This document shows, piece by piece, positions 48,340 through 58,700 of a stretch of 64,000 nucleotides of DNA. The notes under the pieces were generated by a model. The model was not told the DNA's origin, ran no database searches, and was given only the letters and a program-made list of their open reading frames with translations. A program made the position numbers and the translations under genes. The DNA is from an uncultured Acidobacteriota bacterium (GTDB lineage Bacteria > Acidobacteriota > Thermoanaerobaculia > UBA5066): assembly GCA_963779415.1 (NCBI GenBank), contig CAVZYA010000002.1, forward strand, positions 576,001 through 640,000, written 5' to 3'. Position 1 is the stretch's first letter; every line of letters begins with the position of its first letter.

Positions 48340-49075
48340 GCCCGTGATCGAACTGCACGACGTCGGCGTTCGCTATCGTGTACCCAAAGAGGCCATCGCG
48401 TCCCTGAAGGAGTACGCGATCCGGAAGCTCCAGGGCCGCATCGAGCACGGTGAGTTTCGAGCCCTTCGGGGAGTCAATCTGACGATACTTCCCGGCGAGC
48501 GCGTCGGCGTCGTCGGCCCGAACGGCGCCGGCAAGAGCTCGCTCTTCAAGGTGATCGCCCGGGTGCGTCGGCCGAGCGAGGGACGGGTCGTCGTCCGGGG
48601 CGCCGTGGCGCCTCTGCTGGAGCTGGGATTCGGATTCCACGGGGAGCTGACGGGCCGCGAAAACGTCGTGCTGCACGGCACGCTGATGGGGTTCTCGCGG
48701 CGGGAGATGCTGGAGAGAATGGACCGGATCGCCGAATTCGCGGAACTCGAGTCGTTCCTGGACACCCCCATCCGGAACTATTCGAGCGGCATGGTGGCCC
48801 GCCTCGGGTTCGCGGTCGCGACGGACGTGGATCCCGACATTCTCCTGGTCGACGAGGCGCTCGCCGTGGGCGACGAGAGATTCAAGGCGAAATGCCAGGA
48901 GCGGATGGCGTCCTTCCGGGAAACAGGCCGGACGTTTCTGGTCGTCTCCCACGCGCTCGCGGAGGTCCGGCGCGTCTGCAATCGAGCGGTCTGGATTCTG
49001 CAGGGCGAGGCCGTCATGGACGGCCCGGCCGGCGACGTCTGCGACGCTTACCACGAGTGGGCCCAGCGGGGATGA
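48323..49075 (+). CDS. wzt: polysaccharide ABC transporter ATPase (Wzt), no C-terminal carbohydrate-binding domain
   Basis: GPNGAGKSS, YSSGMVARLGF, DEALAVGDERF; 250 aa. Confidence 0.92.
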   Translation: MDRGSEPVIELHDVGVRYRVPKEAIASLKEYAIRKLQGRIEHGEFRALRGVNLTILPGERVGVVGPNGAGKSSLFKVIARVRRPSEGRVVVRGAVAPLLELGFGFHGELTGRENVVLHGTLMGFSRREMLERMDRIAEFAELESFLDTPIRNYSSGMVARLGFAVATDVDPDILLVDEALAVGDERFKAKCQERMASFRETGRTFLVVSHALAEVRRVCNRAVWILQGEAVMDGPAGDVCDAYHEWAQRG

Positions 49076-50202
49076 CGGCGCGGCTCAAGGTTCTCGTCGT
49101 GGCCGGAACCCGCCCGGAGGCGATCAAGATGGCGCCGGTCGTCAGGCGGCTGCGCGCGGATACTTCCCGTTTCGACGTCACGTTCTGCGTCACCGCGCAG
49201 CACCGGGAGATGCTCGATCAGGTCGTGGCGCTGTTCGGTCTTCGGCCGGACGTGGATCTCGATCTGATGCGTCCGGACCAGTCCCTGAACGAGCTGTCGT
49301 CCCGTGTCTTCACGGCGATGGACGCCTGCCTGCTCGAGAACCGGCCCGACTGGGTTCTGGTGCAGGGAGACACGACGACGGCGCTCTGTACGGCCCTGGC
49401 CGCCTTCCACCGGCACCTCCGTGTCGGACACGTCGAGGCCGGGCTTCGAACGGGTGATCTCGACGCCCCGTTCCCGGAAGAACTGAATCGGCGGGTCGTC
49501 GACCTTCTTGCCACGGCGCTCTTCGCCCCGACGCCGCGTTCGGTGGAGGAGCTGGAGCGCGAGGGGGCCCGGAGATCGGCGATTCACCTGACGGGGAACA
49601 CGGTGGTCGACGCCCTCGAGGCCATCGTGGCCCAGGAGGGCGCTGTCGAGACGGAGAACGTCGTCCTGGTGACGGTGCATCGTCGCGAGAGCTTCGGCGC
49701 GCCGCTCGAAGAGGTCGTGGAGGCCATCGCCGCCCTGGCGCGTCTCTTCCCGGCCGTACGGTTCATCCACGTCGAGCATCCCAATCCGAACGTCCGGGAC
49801 ATCGTCCGGCGGAACGCCGGCATCGGCAACGTGCAGATCGTTCCGCCGACCGACTACCGCACTCTCGTCCGGCTGCTCCGGCGCTGCCGTCTCGTCCTGA
49901 CGGATTCCGGAGGAATCCAGGAAGAGGCGCCGACGTTCGGAAAGCCGGTCCTCGTCATGAGACAGAAGACGGAGCGTCGCGAGGGCATCGAGGCGGGGAG
50001 CGCCCGGCTCGTCGGGACCGACAAGGAGGTCATCGTGCGGGAGGTCTCGCGCCTTCTGAACGATCCGGCGGCCTATCGCGCGATGAGCGCCTGCGTGAAC
50101 CCGTACGGCGACGGCCGGGCCTCCGAGCGGATCGCGCGAATTCTGCTCGGCGAGGACTTCGAGCCATTTCGACCCCTCCCGCTCAGGGACGGTGGCGCGT
50201 GA
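49072..50202 (+). CDS. wecB: non-hydrolysing UDP-GlcNAc 2-epimerase
   Basis: GTRPEAIKMAP, QHREML, VQGDTTT, HVEAGLR, TDSGGIQEEAP, NPYGDG. Confidence 0.95.
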   Translation: MTARLKVLVVAGTRPEAIKMAPVVRRLRADTSRFDVTFCVTAQHREMLDQVVALFGLRPDVDLDLMRPDQSLNELSSRVFTAMDACLLENRPDWVLVQGDTTTALCTALAAFHRHLRVGHVEAGLRTGDLDAPFPEELNRRVVDLLATALFAPTPRSVEELEREGARRSAIHLTGNTVVDALEAIVAQEGAVETENVVLVTVHRRESFGAPLEEVVEAIAALARLFPAVRFIHVEHPNPNVRDIVRRNAGIGNVQIVPPTDYRTLVRLLRRCRLVLTDSGGIQEEAPTFGKPVLVMRQKTERREGIEAGSARLVGTDKEVIVREVSRLLNDPAAYRAMSACVNPYGDGRASERIARILLGEDFEPFRPLPLRDGGA

Positions 50203-51593
50203 CCGACGACGAGGGTGCGCTTCGACGCCGTCTCCGGCTTCTCGAGCAGAAGCTGGCAGCCCAGGGGGCCGACCTTCGATCGATGCAGTGGGAGCTGCAG
50301 AAGATGGCTCTCGCCGCCAAGAGAGGTCGGTGGGCGGAAACGGAAATGTCTCGAGTTTGGGCGTCGGCGTTCGGCCCGGCAGGCGCCGCCGGGTGGGTCA
50401 TGCGCCGGCTCGGGAGAACGTTGCAATACGAGGCCGAAAGACGATTCCGGCGAGTTCCCGGGGCCCTCCCCGGGCGGCCGGTACCGTCGACCCGGCCTGC
50501 GTCGGACGGGCCACGCCCCGACATCTTCTGCTTCCCCATCATCGACTGGCACTACCGTTACCAGAGACCGCAGCAGCTGATGAGCCGCCTCGGAAAGCGG
50601 GGCCGGCGCGTCTTCTGGGTCGCTCCGTGGTTTCGCGGTGCCGGCCCCCTCGTCGACGTCCAGCCGCTCGCCCCCGGCGTCTGGCAGCTCTCTCTGCGGG
50701 GGCCGGACATGGACCTCTACGGAGAGGCGCCCGCCGAGGCGGCCGTCGACGCGATCGTGAGCGGACTCATGGACCTGGCACGCCAGGTCGACGTCTCCCG
50801 GGCGATCCAGGTCGTCGAGCTTCCGTTCTGGTGGCCCGTCGCCCGACGCCTCCGGGAGCAGTCCGGCTGGTTTCTCGTTTACGACTGCATGGATGACCAC
50901 GCGGGATTCTCGTTTCACTCCGCGGACGCGACGGCGCTGGAAGCCGGGCTGATCCGGGGAGCCGACGTCGTCCTGGCCTCCTCGCGCCCGCTCCAGACGA
51001 AGATCGCCCGTTCGAACCGGGAAGCCATCCTCGTCCGCAACGCCTGTGACTACGAACACTTCGCGTCGGTCACCCGTCAAGGCTCGGACCGCCCCGTGAT
51101 CGGGTACTACGGCGCGATCGCGGACTGGTTCGATTCAGACCTCGTGGCGGACCTCGCCGAGCGCCAGCCGGGCTGGGACTTCTTCCTGGTCGGTTCGACC
51201 TTCGCGGCCGACGTCAGCCGGCTTCGGAACCTCCCGAACATCCGGCTCGTGGGAGAGCGGCCGTATGCCGAGCTTCCCCGATGGCTCTCGCGGTTCGACG
51301 TCGCCCTGCTTCCTTTCCGGCGGACACCGCTGACGGAAGCGACGAATCCGGTCAAGGCCTACGAGATCATGGCCGCGGGACTCCCGCTGGTCTCCGTTCC
51401 CCTCCCGGAGATCGTCGAGTTCGGCGACCTCGTCCGGCTGGCGTCCACGCCGGCGGAATTCGAGCGGCAGATCCAGGCAGAACTCGCGGATCGGGACGAG
51501 AATCTCGTGGAGAGAAGACGGGCGTTTGCACGGCAGCAGACGTGGGACGATCGTGTCCGGCTCCTCGACGACCTCCTCCCCCAGCATGTCTGA
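50199..51593 (+). CDS. GT-B glycosyltransferase with N-terminal coiled coil
   Basis: YQRPQQL, VYDCMDDH, GYYGAIADWFD, NPVKAYEIMAAGLP. Confidence 0.88.
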   Translation: MTDDEGALRRRLRLLEQKLAAQGADLRSMQWELQKMALAAKRGRWAETEMSRVWASAFGPAGAAGWVMRRLGRTLQYEAERRFRRVPGALPGRPVPSTRPASDGPRPDIFCFPIIDWHYRYQRPQQLMSRLGKRGRRVFWVAPWFRGAGPLVDVQPLAPGVWQLSLRGPDMDLYGEAPAEAAVDAIVSGLMDLARQVDVSRAIQVVELPFWWPVARRLREQSGWFLVYDCMDDHAGFSFHSADATALEAGLIRGADVVLASSRPLQTKIARSNREAILVRNACDYEHFASVTRQGSDRPVIGYYGAIADWFDSDLVADLAERQPGWDFFLVGSTFAADVSRLRNLPNIRLVGERPYAELPRWLSRFDVALLPFRRTPLTEATNPVKAYEIMAAGLPLVSVPLPEIVEFGDLVRLASTPAEFERQIQAELADRDENLVERRRAFARQQTWDDRVRLLDDLLPQHV

Positions 51594-52275
51594 CGCACGG
51601 AACGGGGCCGCCCCGGCACGCAGGCTCGACCTCGGAGCGGGCCTCGTCTCGCTCCCGGGCTTCGTCGGCGTCGACCGCTTCTTCCTCCCCGGGGCGCGTG
51701 TCGTGCTGGACCTGGACGCGCCCCGCCTCCCGTTTCCGGACGACACGTTTGACCTCGTTCACGCCTTCCACTCCCTCGAGCATGTCGCGGATCTCGTGGC
51801 CACCATGCGGGAGGTCTGGCGCGTCGGAAAACCCGGTGCACAGGTCTGCATCACGGCGCCCTACTACACGATGGGCCTGAACCTCGCGAATCCTTACCAC
51901 AAGCAGGTCTTCAACGAGCACACGCCCCGGTTCTGGACCGCTTCGCCTACGACGCGGATCGACGCCGCGGAATGGCGCCAGCCGCCGCTGGGCGAGATCT
52001 GGGGCCTCGCGAGGAGCGACAACAGCGACCCCGGCTTCGACCTGCGCTGCATCCGGATGGAGTTCTTCTATCTCGAAGAGTACTGGGGGATCCCGCCGGA
52101 TGAGCAGCGGCGGGCCCGCCGTTGCCACCTGGATGTCTGCGAACAGATCCTCTATCACCTCATCGTGTTCAAGTGCCCCCTGACGGAGGCCGACCTGGCC
52201 CGCGAAGGTCGCGATCTCTACATGCCGCCGCAGCTCGACGCGCGTCGGAAGGCTGCGGCCTTGAGGAAGCCGTAG
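51586..52275 (+). CDS. class I SAM-dependent methyltransferase
   Basis: RLDLGAG, GVD, LPFPDDTFD, HSLEHV, EVWRVGKPG. Confidence 0.85.
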   Translation: MSDARNGAAPARRLDLGAGLVSLPGFVGVDRFFLPGARVVLDLDAPRLPFPDDTFDLVHAFHSLEHVADLVATMREVWRVGKPGAQVCITAPYYTMGLNLANPYHKQVFNEHTPRFWTASPTTRIDAAEWRQPPLGEIWGLARSDNSDPGFDLRCIRMEFFYLEEYWGIPPDEQRRARRCHLDVCEQILYHLIVFKCPLTEADLAREGRDLYMPPQLDARRKAAALRKP

Positions 52276-52397
52276 GCTGGCTCATACGGACGCGGAGGCT
52301 GAGCCCCGGCGTGCCGGAGCGTGCCCGGAACTCGGACGCCGGCTCGACCGGATTCTTCAGAAGCGTCTCGGCGTCGAATCCGTCGTACAGGCGCGCG

Positions 52398-52514
52398 ATG
52401 CGCAAGGCGTTCGAGGAGATCCATCGGACAAACGCCTGGAACGACGGCGAATCGGTCTCCGGGCCGGGCTCGACACTGCTTCAGACGGAGACGATCCGTG
52501 AAGAGCTGCCTCGT
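52398..52514 (+). pseudogene. N-terminal remnant of a methyltransferase
   Basis: MRKAFEEIHRTNAWNDGESVSGPGSTLLQTETIREELP resembles the N-terminus of glycan-cluster methyltransferases, then similarity stops before the SAM motif. Confidence 0.55.
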
Positions 52515-52664
52515 TCACTTCTCGTACGGCGACATCTTCGCCACGCTGCACATCGCTCAGCGCCGACACGCCACGGGTTCACGGATGGCGGCCGCGACAG
52601 TAGCGCCGATGAACCCAGATCGTGTCGTACTGCTGACCGACGATCTTTCGGGTCACCCCGTGAC

Positions 52665-52959
52665 GTCCCTTTCAGACCGTTCGCGAGGCCGCCGAGTCCC
52701 TCGAGCGCGTCGAGAGTGGCGCCCTCCACGTCAATCTTCAGGATGTCGATGCCTTCGGCGCCGATCCCTCCACGGCGACCGCGCGGGCGTTCGGAAAGAG
52801 ATGACGTAGCTCCAGCGTGTCGCCGCCATCCATCGCTCCGAGATCCATGACGACGTGAATCTCTTCGGGATGAACGGACCCGAAGACGACCTGGGAGAAC
52901 TCGGACATGGTGATCACGCCCGGGAGCTTCGACGTCGGAGCGGGGAGCCGTTGCGTCAT
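52665..52959 (-). pseudogene. FkbM-family methyltransferase remnant with internal deletion and frameshift
   Basis: VMDLGAMDG..AVAVEG joined out of frame near 52765 directly to IDILKIDVEGATLDALEG. Confidence 0.65.
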
Positions 52960-52971
52960 CGTTCGGCGGCG

Positions 52972-54105
52972 TCAACTGTTCGTCAGCTCGCGTAGCGCCG
53001 AGGCGACCCGCCGAACGTCTTCCCGCGTCAGGCGCAGGTGCATCGGAAGCGAGATGACCCGCTCGCTGGCGCGCCGCGCCCTCGGGCAGGGGGCCTGGTC
53101 GTCCTGGTACATCCGGTAGAAGAGGTTGTCCCGGTAGTGAACTCCGGGGTAGATCTCGCGGGCGTTCAGGCCGAGCATGACCTCGTCGCGGCGCTCGACG
53201 AGGACCTGGAAGAGGTGCCGTGACGGAACGCACTCCGGCGCCACCGGGACGAGACGGACGCCGGGGATGCCGGCTAGGTCCTCCGCATACCACTCCGCGA
53301 TCCGGCGGCGGGCCACGTTGTCCTCTTCCAGATACTTCAATCCGACCAGACCGAGCGCGGCCATGACCGCGTTGCCGTGGTACTTGAACCCCACGTGCTC
53401 GACGTCGTAGAGCCACTTGTAGGAGCCGCTTTCGATCGTCCGGGTGAACGTGTCCTTGTTGATCCCGAGCCAGGTCCACTTTCGAACCTCGGCATCGAGG
53501 CTCGCGTCGGAGAAGCAGATCATTCCGGCGTCCGCTGTCGGAAGGTTCTTGACGGCCTGGAAGGAGAAGACGGCGACGTCGGAGTCCCAGCCGGCCTGCC
53601 GGCCCCGGAGGCGGGTTCCCGCCATGTGGGCGGCGTCGAGGACGAGCTTCAGGCCCGTCTCCCGGCACAGCTGCAGGACCTTTTCGTACTGGCCCGCGTT
53701 CCCGCCGAGCCCCACGAAACAGACGGCGCGCGTCCGGGGGCCGATCCTCCGGCGGACCGACTCGGGGTCGAGGCAGAGGAAGTCGTCCACGTCCGCGAAG
53801 ACCGGACGAAGCCGTTCGTAGAGAATTGCGTGGTTCGTGGAGACGAAGGTCAGGGGCGTGGTGATGACCTCGTCGCCGTCCCGCCAGCCGCCGGCCTCCT
53901 TCAGAAGCCGGAAGGCGAGGTGCAGGCCCGCCGTCGCCGAGTTGAGGAAGTGGGCGTGGGGAAGGCCCATCTGCTCCCGCCATGCCTTCTCGAACTCGAC
54001 CGTCTTGTACCCCAGACCGGTCCACCCTTTCTCGAGACAGTCGCGGATTTCGGCGAGACACTCCTCGACCCGGAACGTCGGAACGAAAAGATGAATCGGG
54101 TTCAT
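52972..54105 (-). CDS. DegT/DnrJ/EryC1/StrS sugar aminotransferase
   Basis: NSATAGLHLA, TPLTFVST, DAAHM, FSFQAVKNL, GVHY, ISLPMH. Confidence 0.93.
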   Translation of the reverse strand: MNPIHLFVPTFRVEECLAEIRDCLEKGWTGLGYKTVEFEKAWREQMGLPHAHFLNSATAGLHLAFRLLKEAGGWRDGDEVITTPLTFVSTNHAILYERLRPVFADVDDFLCLDPESVRRRIGPRTRAVCFVGLGGNAGQYEKVLQLCRETGLKLVLDAAHMAGTRLRGRQAGWDSDVAVFSFQAVKNLPTADAGMICFSDASLDAEVRKWTWLGINKDTFTRTIESGSYKWLYDVEHVGFKYHGNAVMAALGLVGLKYLEEDNVARRRIAEWYAEDLAGIPGVRLVPVAPECVPSRHLFQVLVERRDEVMLGLNAREIYPGVHYRDNLFYRMYQDDQAPCPRARRASERVISLPMHLRLTREDVRRVASALRELTNS

Positions 54106-54623
54106 CGGCTGGTCCCCTCGAGATCCAGGATCAGGTAGACAAATCGACGCCCGCCCTCGTCCCGGATCTCGACCTGGCGGAAACCGAGGCGTCGGTGGAT
54201 GGCGAGCGAAGGCTCGTTCCCTTCCAGAACGACCGATCGAAGGCGGCGAATGCCGAGGTCGCGGGCATGGCCGAGGAGAAGCCGGAAGGCTTCGCCGCCA
54301 TAGCCCTGTCCCCGCTGCGCCGGCGCGATGACGAGGCGACCCCACTCCGCCTCGGCGGCGTCGGGTGAGAGATCGTAAAGGGAAACGGTTCCGACCGGGT
54401 GGCCTTTCACCTCGACCACGAACCATCGATCCCGGTTGTCCGGCCGGAAGTAGTCGTCGAGGCGCTCGAGGTGCTTCTCGAAGGGGACGACGGCCGTCGA
54501 GCGGAACATCGGACGGCTCTCCGGGTCCATCCGCCACGAATAGAGCGCCTCGGCGTCTTCGCGGCGGATCTCCCGAAGCGTCAAGGCGTCCGTGCCGACG
54601 CGACGCGCGCCGCCCTGGATCAC
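54102..54623 (-). CDS. GNAT N-acetyltransferase (PseH-like)
   Basis: LYSWRMDP, AEWGRL, QRGQGYG, NEPSLAIHRRLGF. Confidence 0.85.
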   Translation of the reverse strand: MIQGGARRVGTDALTLREIRREDAEALYSWRMDPESRPMFRSTAVVPFEKHLERLDDYFRPDNRDRWFVVEVKGHPVGTVSLYDLSPDAAEAEWGRLVIAPAQRGQGYGGEAFRLLLGHARDLGIRRLRSVVLEGNEPSLAIHRRLGFRQVEIRDEGGRRFVYLILDLEGTSR

Positions 54624-55627
54624 GGGCCGTCTCCCGCGAGAGAGCTCAGGATTTTCGGCCAGGCGCGCTTCCACGTGTGGTCTCGCAGGACCCGTGCGCG
54701 CCCCGCCTGGCGGATCGCCGCGGCCGCTTCCGGGTGATCCAGGCAGTAACGCACCTTCTCGATCAAATCCCCGGTCGACTCGAAGCCGAGGATCTCCCGG
54801 CCGAACGTCAGGTACTTCTCGACTTCGGGGAAGTGGTTCGTCGCGACGAGGGCCCCGGCGGCCGCGAAGTCGAAGAGGCCGACCTTGACGAGGGCATGCC
54901 CGCCTCCGGTCCGGAAGAAGACCACCGTGACGGCCGCCGAGGCGAGGGCCGCGAGAGTGTCGTCTCCGAAGATCAAGCCGCGGCTTGGGAGCGCGAACGG
55001 CTCCCATCCCTCGCCATAGAGGTGGACGTAGAAATCACGGAAGAGGGCGCGAACGGCCTCGACGCGGTCAGGGTGCGCCCGCCCCAGGACGAGAACGTCG
55101 CAGCGAAGCTCGGGCCGGGGCGGGACGGGCCGGAAGAACTCCTCGTTCGTGGCGATGGGCAGCGTATCGGCGCGGGCGCCGAGCTCCCGATAGGCGGGAA
55201 CGAGTTCGGGAGCATTCGTCAGAAACAGGTCGAAGTTGGGAGCGATCAGACGTGTCGCGGGGCGGAAGACGTCCGGGTCGGAGAGGGCGATGCCGAGAAG
55301 AGTGCCGCTCTCACGCACTCTCCGGGCGTCGTCGGGCCGGAAACTCAACCCGCCGGCGTTGCAGATGACGAGATGAGGTCGGCTCCTCTCGATCCACGGA
55401 CGGAGAGACTCCCAACGGAGCCAGACGGGGCCCGTCGATCCCCGGTCGTACGGCCGGTCCTCTGTGTCGAGGGCTTCGGGATGCTCGTCCGTAGAGAACT
55501 CCAGGACGTCGGCTCCGGCGGCGCGAAGTCCCAGCATCATCTGCCGGACCATGTCATTCGGTCCCCGCCAGTAGCCTCCGACGTGAAGAACCCGCAGCTT
55601 TCCCGGGTCGGACGTCGGGAGCCTCAT
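54620..55627 (-). CDS. CgeB-like / Glyco_trans_1_2 glycosyltransferase
   Basis: SDP, DVLVLG, LYGEGW, LFDFAAAGA, GRARVLRDHTW. Confidence 0.8.
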   Translation of the reverse strand: MRLPTSDPGKLRVLHVGGYWRGPNDMVRQMMLGLRAAGADVLEFSTDEHPEALDTEDRPYDRGSTGPVWLRWESLRPWIERSRPHLVICNAGGLSFRPDDARRVRESGTLLGIALSDPDVFRPATRLIAPNFDLFLTNAPELVPAYRELGARADTLPIATNEEFFRPVPPRPELRCDVLVLGRAHPDRVEAVRALFRDFYVHLYGEGWEPFALPSRGLIFGDDTLAALASAAVTVVFFRTGGGHALVKVGLFDFAAAGALVATNHFPEVEKYLTFGREILGFESTGDLIEKVRYCLDHPEAAAAIRQAGRARVLRDHTWKRAWPKILSSLAGDGP

Positions 55628-55709
55628 CGGCGCCGAGCATAGTCGCTTCCCGGGGAGGACCGGTTCGGGAGGTCGGCCGGCCGCGCTCGGCGGGTCGACC
55701 TCCCGGAAT

Positions 55710-58700
55710 TCAGTAGAGGAGGGGGATGTGGAAGGCGGTCACGAGGAAAGGCGCCATCTGCCAACGGGTGACGTTGCCTGCGGGGCAGTAGTTGCCGCCG
55801 CCACAGCCGGCGGTGACTCCTCCCGCATAGATGTAGTGGATGAACTTGCAGCCCGGGTCCGTCGGCGGGACGTCGCCGAAGAGGGAGTTGCCGCCCGAGG
55901 TGCAGTTGTAGGTGCCCACGCTCGGGACGGTCCCGCTGACGGGAACGGCCGCACCCGAGCCGGCCATGGCCGTAGCGAGGAAGACGGCCATCTGCCAGCG
56001 GTTGACGTTGCTGGCGGGACAGTAATTGCCGCCGCCGCAGCCCGTCGTGATCCCCTGGGCATAGATGTAATGGATGAACTTGCAGCCCGGGTCCGTCGGC
56101 GCAACGTCGCCGAAGAGGGAATGGCCGCCCGAGGTGCAATCGTAGGAGCCCACGCTCGGGACGGTCCCGCTCGTCGGCACGCTGCCGGTCGGGCCGACCA
56201 TGGCGGTGGCGAGGAAGACGGCCATCTGCCAGCGATTGACGTTGCCGGCGGAGCAGTAATTGCCTCCACCGCAGCCTGATGTGACTCCGTTGTGGAGGAG
56301 GGTTTCGACGAAGCGGTAGGCGCCGTCGGCGACGGGCACGTCTGTGAAGCTCATGCCGATGTGGAGCGTCCAGCCCTTCGTGCCACCCGTGCTGAGAGTC
56401 TCGAGGAAGGTGGCATCCCAGTGGGTGGCGGGGCGGGTTACGGGGTTAGAGACGGAGAGGCGATAGGAGGGCCCGCCGGCCGAGAAGCTGTCGGCGGTGG
56501 CTCCGGGGGCGATGGTCCCGTATCCGGCCGCCGTGTCGAGCAGGGTGTACGTCGCACCGGCAGGACCCGTGAAGGCGGAAGCCGTGCCTGTGAGGGCGAG
56601 CGGGGAGGAGCCGATGTTCTTCCAGGAGGGGTTTGCGAGAACCGTCTCGCCCGGCTCGAGAACGCCGTTGACGTTGGAGATCGTCGCGCCCGTGGCATGA
56701 GCGTCCTCGACGAGGCCGGCGGGCTGGACGCCGACGCCCGTGGACGTAATCGTCAGGATCCCGGTCCCCGTGGACGTCTGGCCATCAGGGTTCGTGACGC
56801 TGACGTTTTTGGCTCCCGTGGTGGCCCCCGTCGTATTCAGGCTCAGCGTGACGTGCGTCGCATCGGTGTACGTGACGCTGTTGACGGCGACGCCGCCCGT
56901 GACCGCCGCCCCGATCCGCAGGCGGCACGGTTCGCCCGACATGCTGGAGGGCGTGTCGTAGAAGCCGGAGCCCGAAGACGACGTACCAGTGACGACGACG
57001 CTGACGCTGGACTGACCCGTCGCCACGGAGGAAGGGCTGGCGGAAGCGGGGGTCGCCGGGGGCGGCCCCTTCAGCTCGGCGAAGCGCGAACCGTACTGGT
57101 TGGCGACCGGGACGTACTCCTGGATCGTCCAGATGCTCTGGTCGTTGCACGGGTCGAGGCTCGTGAAGGAGAAGTCACCCCACCGCCGGCCGTGGCTGCC
57201 TCCGGTGTCCCAGCTCGGGTTGTACGCGTTGTTCGCCTGCGCGTAGACGTTGATCGACTGGAGCGTGCCGAGCGTATCGCCGGAGAGCCGCCCGGCCGTC
57301 CCCCCGCTGATGTAGGTGTTGTTCCCCGCGATCGTGAACCCTGCCGCGGCATGCCCCTGCCCGTTCGGGACGATCGTGCCGTAGCTGAAGAAGTTCGGGT
57401 TCAACGAGGCGACGTCGCAGACGATGCCGGCCTGGCGGATGGAAGGCGTCGATCCGGTCGGGATTCCCTGGATCTCCCACCAGTAGACGGCGTCCCGGTC
57501 TGCCGTCCCGCTGGCCACGCCGACGCAGTTTCCTCCGGAGACGGTGACCCCGACGGGCATCGCGGTCCAGAGACTCCCGGCTCGATACGTCGCGATCATT
57601 GGGCGGTTGTCGATCGCGTCGATATTTCCATTGGTTCCACCGGTATTGCCTTTATGGGGCTGGGTGATCGGGCTCCCCTGGTTCGCCGTGGCGATCGCGA
57701 CAGGCGACGAAAGCGTGGGACTGGCGCTCCCTGGACTGCTGACCCGGACGAGATCGAGCTGGCTCCACGAGAAGTTGTCGTTTCCGAGGAGCCACCCCTC
57801 GGTCGCCGCCGGATCGGCGTTGTCGACGCCGTGCGGCGTCCACGGGAAGGTTGCGTAGCCCGTGCTAGCGAATCCCGTGACGTGGATGGGGCCGGAACCG
57901 AGGACCGAGCTTTTCTGGACGACGAAGATGTCGGAACCCTTGTACGTCGCGGTCTCCAGGCTCGTGCCGCAGAACTGGTTGACGCCGATGTAGATCCCGT
58001 TCGCGTCGATTCCGGGCACCGGATAATCCGCGAGGCAGTTCGTGTGCGTCCCGATTCCGGACTGGAAGTAGAAGAAGTGCCAGACCGTGCTCGGCGTGAT
58101 CGTCGCCGAGTTGCTGACGGCGAGAAGGACCCGGTTGTTCGGGAACTTCACGTCGATGATGAAGAGAAACCAGCGCTGGCTGAGCCGGTCGTACCGGACG
58201 TGGGAGTCGCTGGTCCCGCTCGAGCGGACAGACGTGAAGAAGTTGTTCGGCGACGTGTTCAGGACGCCGTCGGGAAGGCCCGTCGCCTTGCTGTAGGTGA
58301 CGATGTTGCAGTTCTCGAAGACGACGAACTGAGTCGGACCGACGGCCCCCATGGTGTCCGGGGGCCAGGCGCTCGGGTTTGCGGCCGTCGGTGAATCTCC
58401 CGTCACGCCCACGGTCTGAGGCAGCGCCAGCTCGCCCCCCGTGGCGATCTCGGGCGACTGCGGGCCGGTGGCGGGCCCCTGCCGGCGGTTCATTGCATCC
58501 GGATCGACTTTCTTCAGGCTCGTGTCGGCCCGCCCCGGGAAGAGGTCGAGGGTCATCTGGGGGGCGACCTCACCCAGCCGCATCTGGCGGGCCATGATCT
58601 CGCCCGTCGTCTCGCTGACCGCGGGGAGTCCCGGAATGGATATTCCCTGAATCTGCTGGCCGTTCGGCGGCGCGGCAGAGGCGGGTTGCGCAATTCCAGC

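Noticed and set aside
55730-56350. CRISPR-like or DGR template/variable repeat
   Set aside because: The 234-bp period is in frame and encodes protein repeats; no spacers, cas genes or reverse transcriptase
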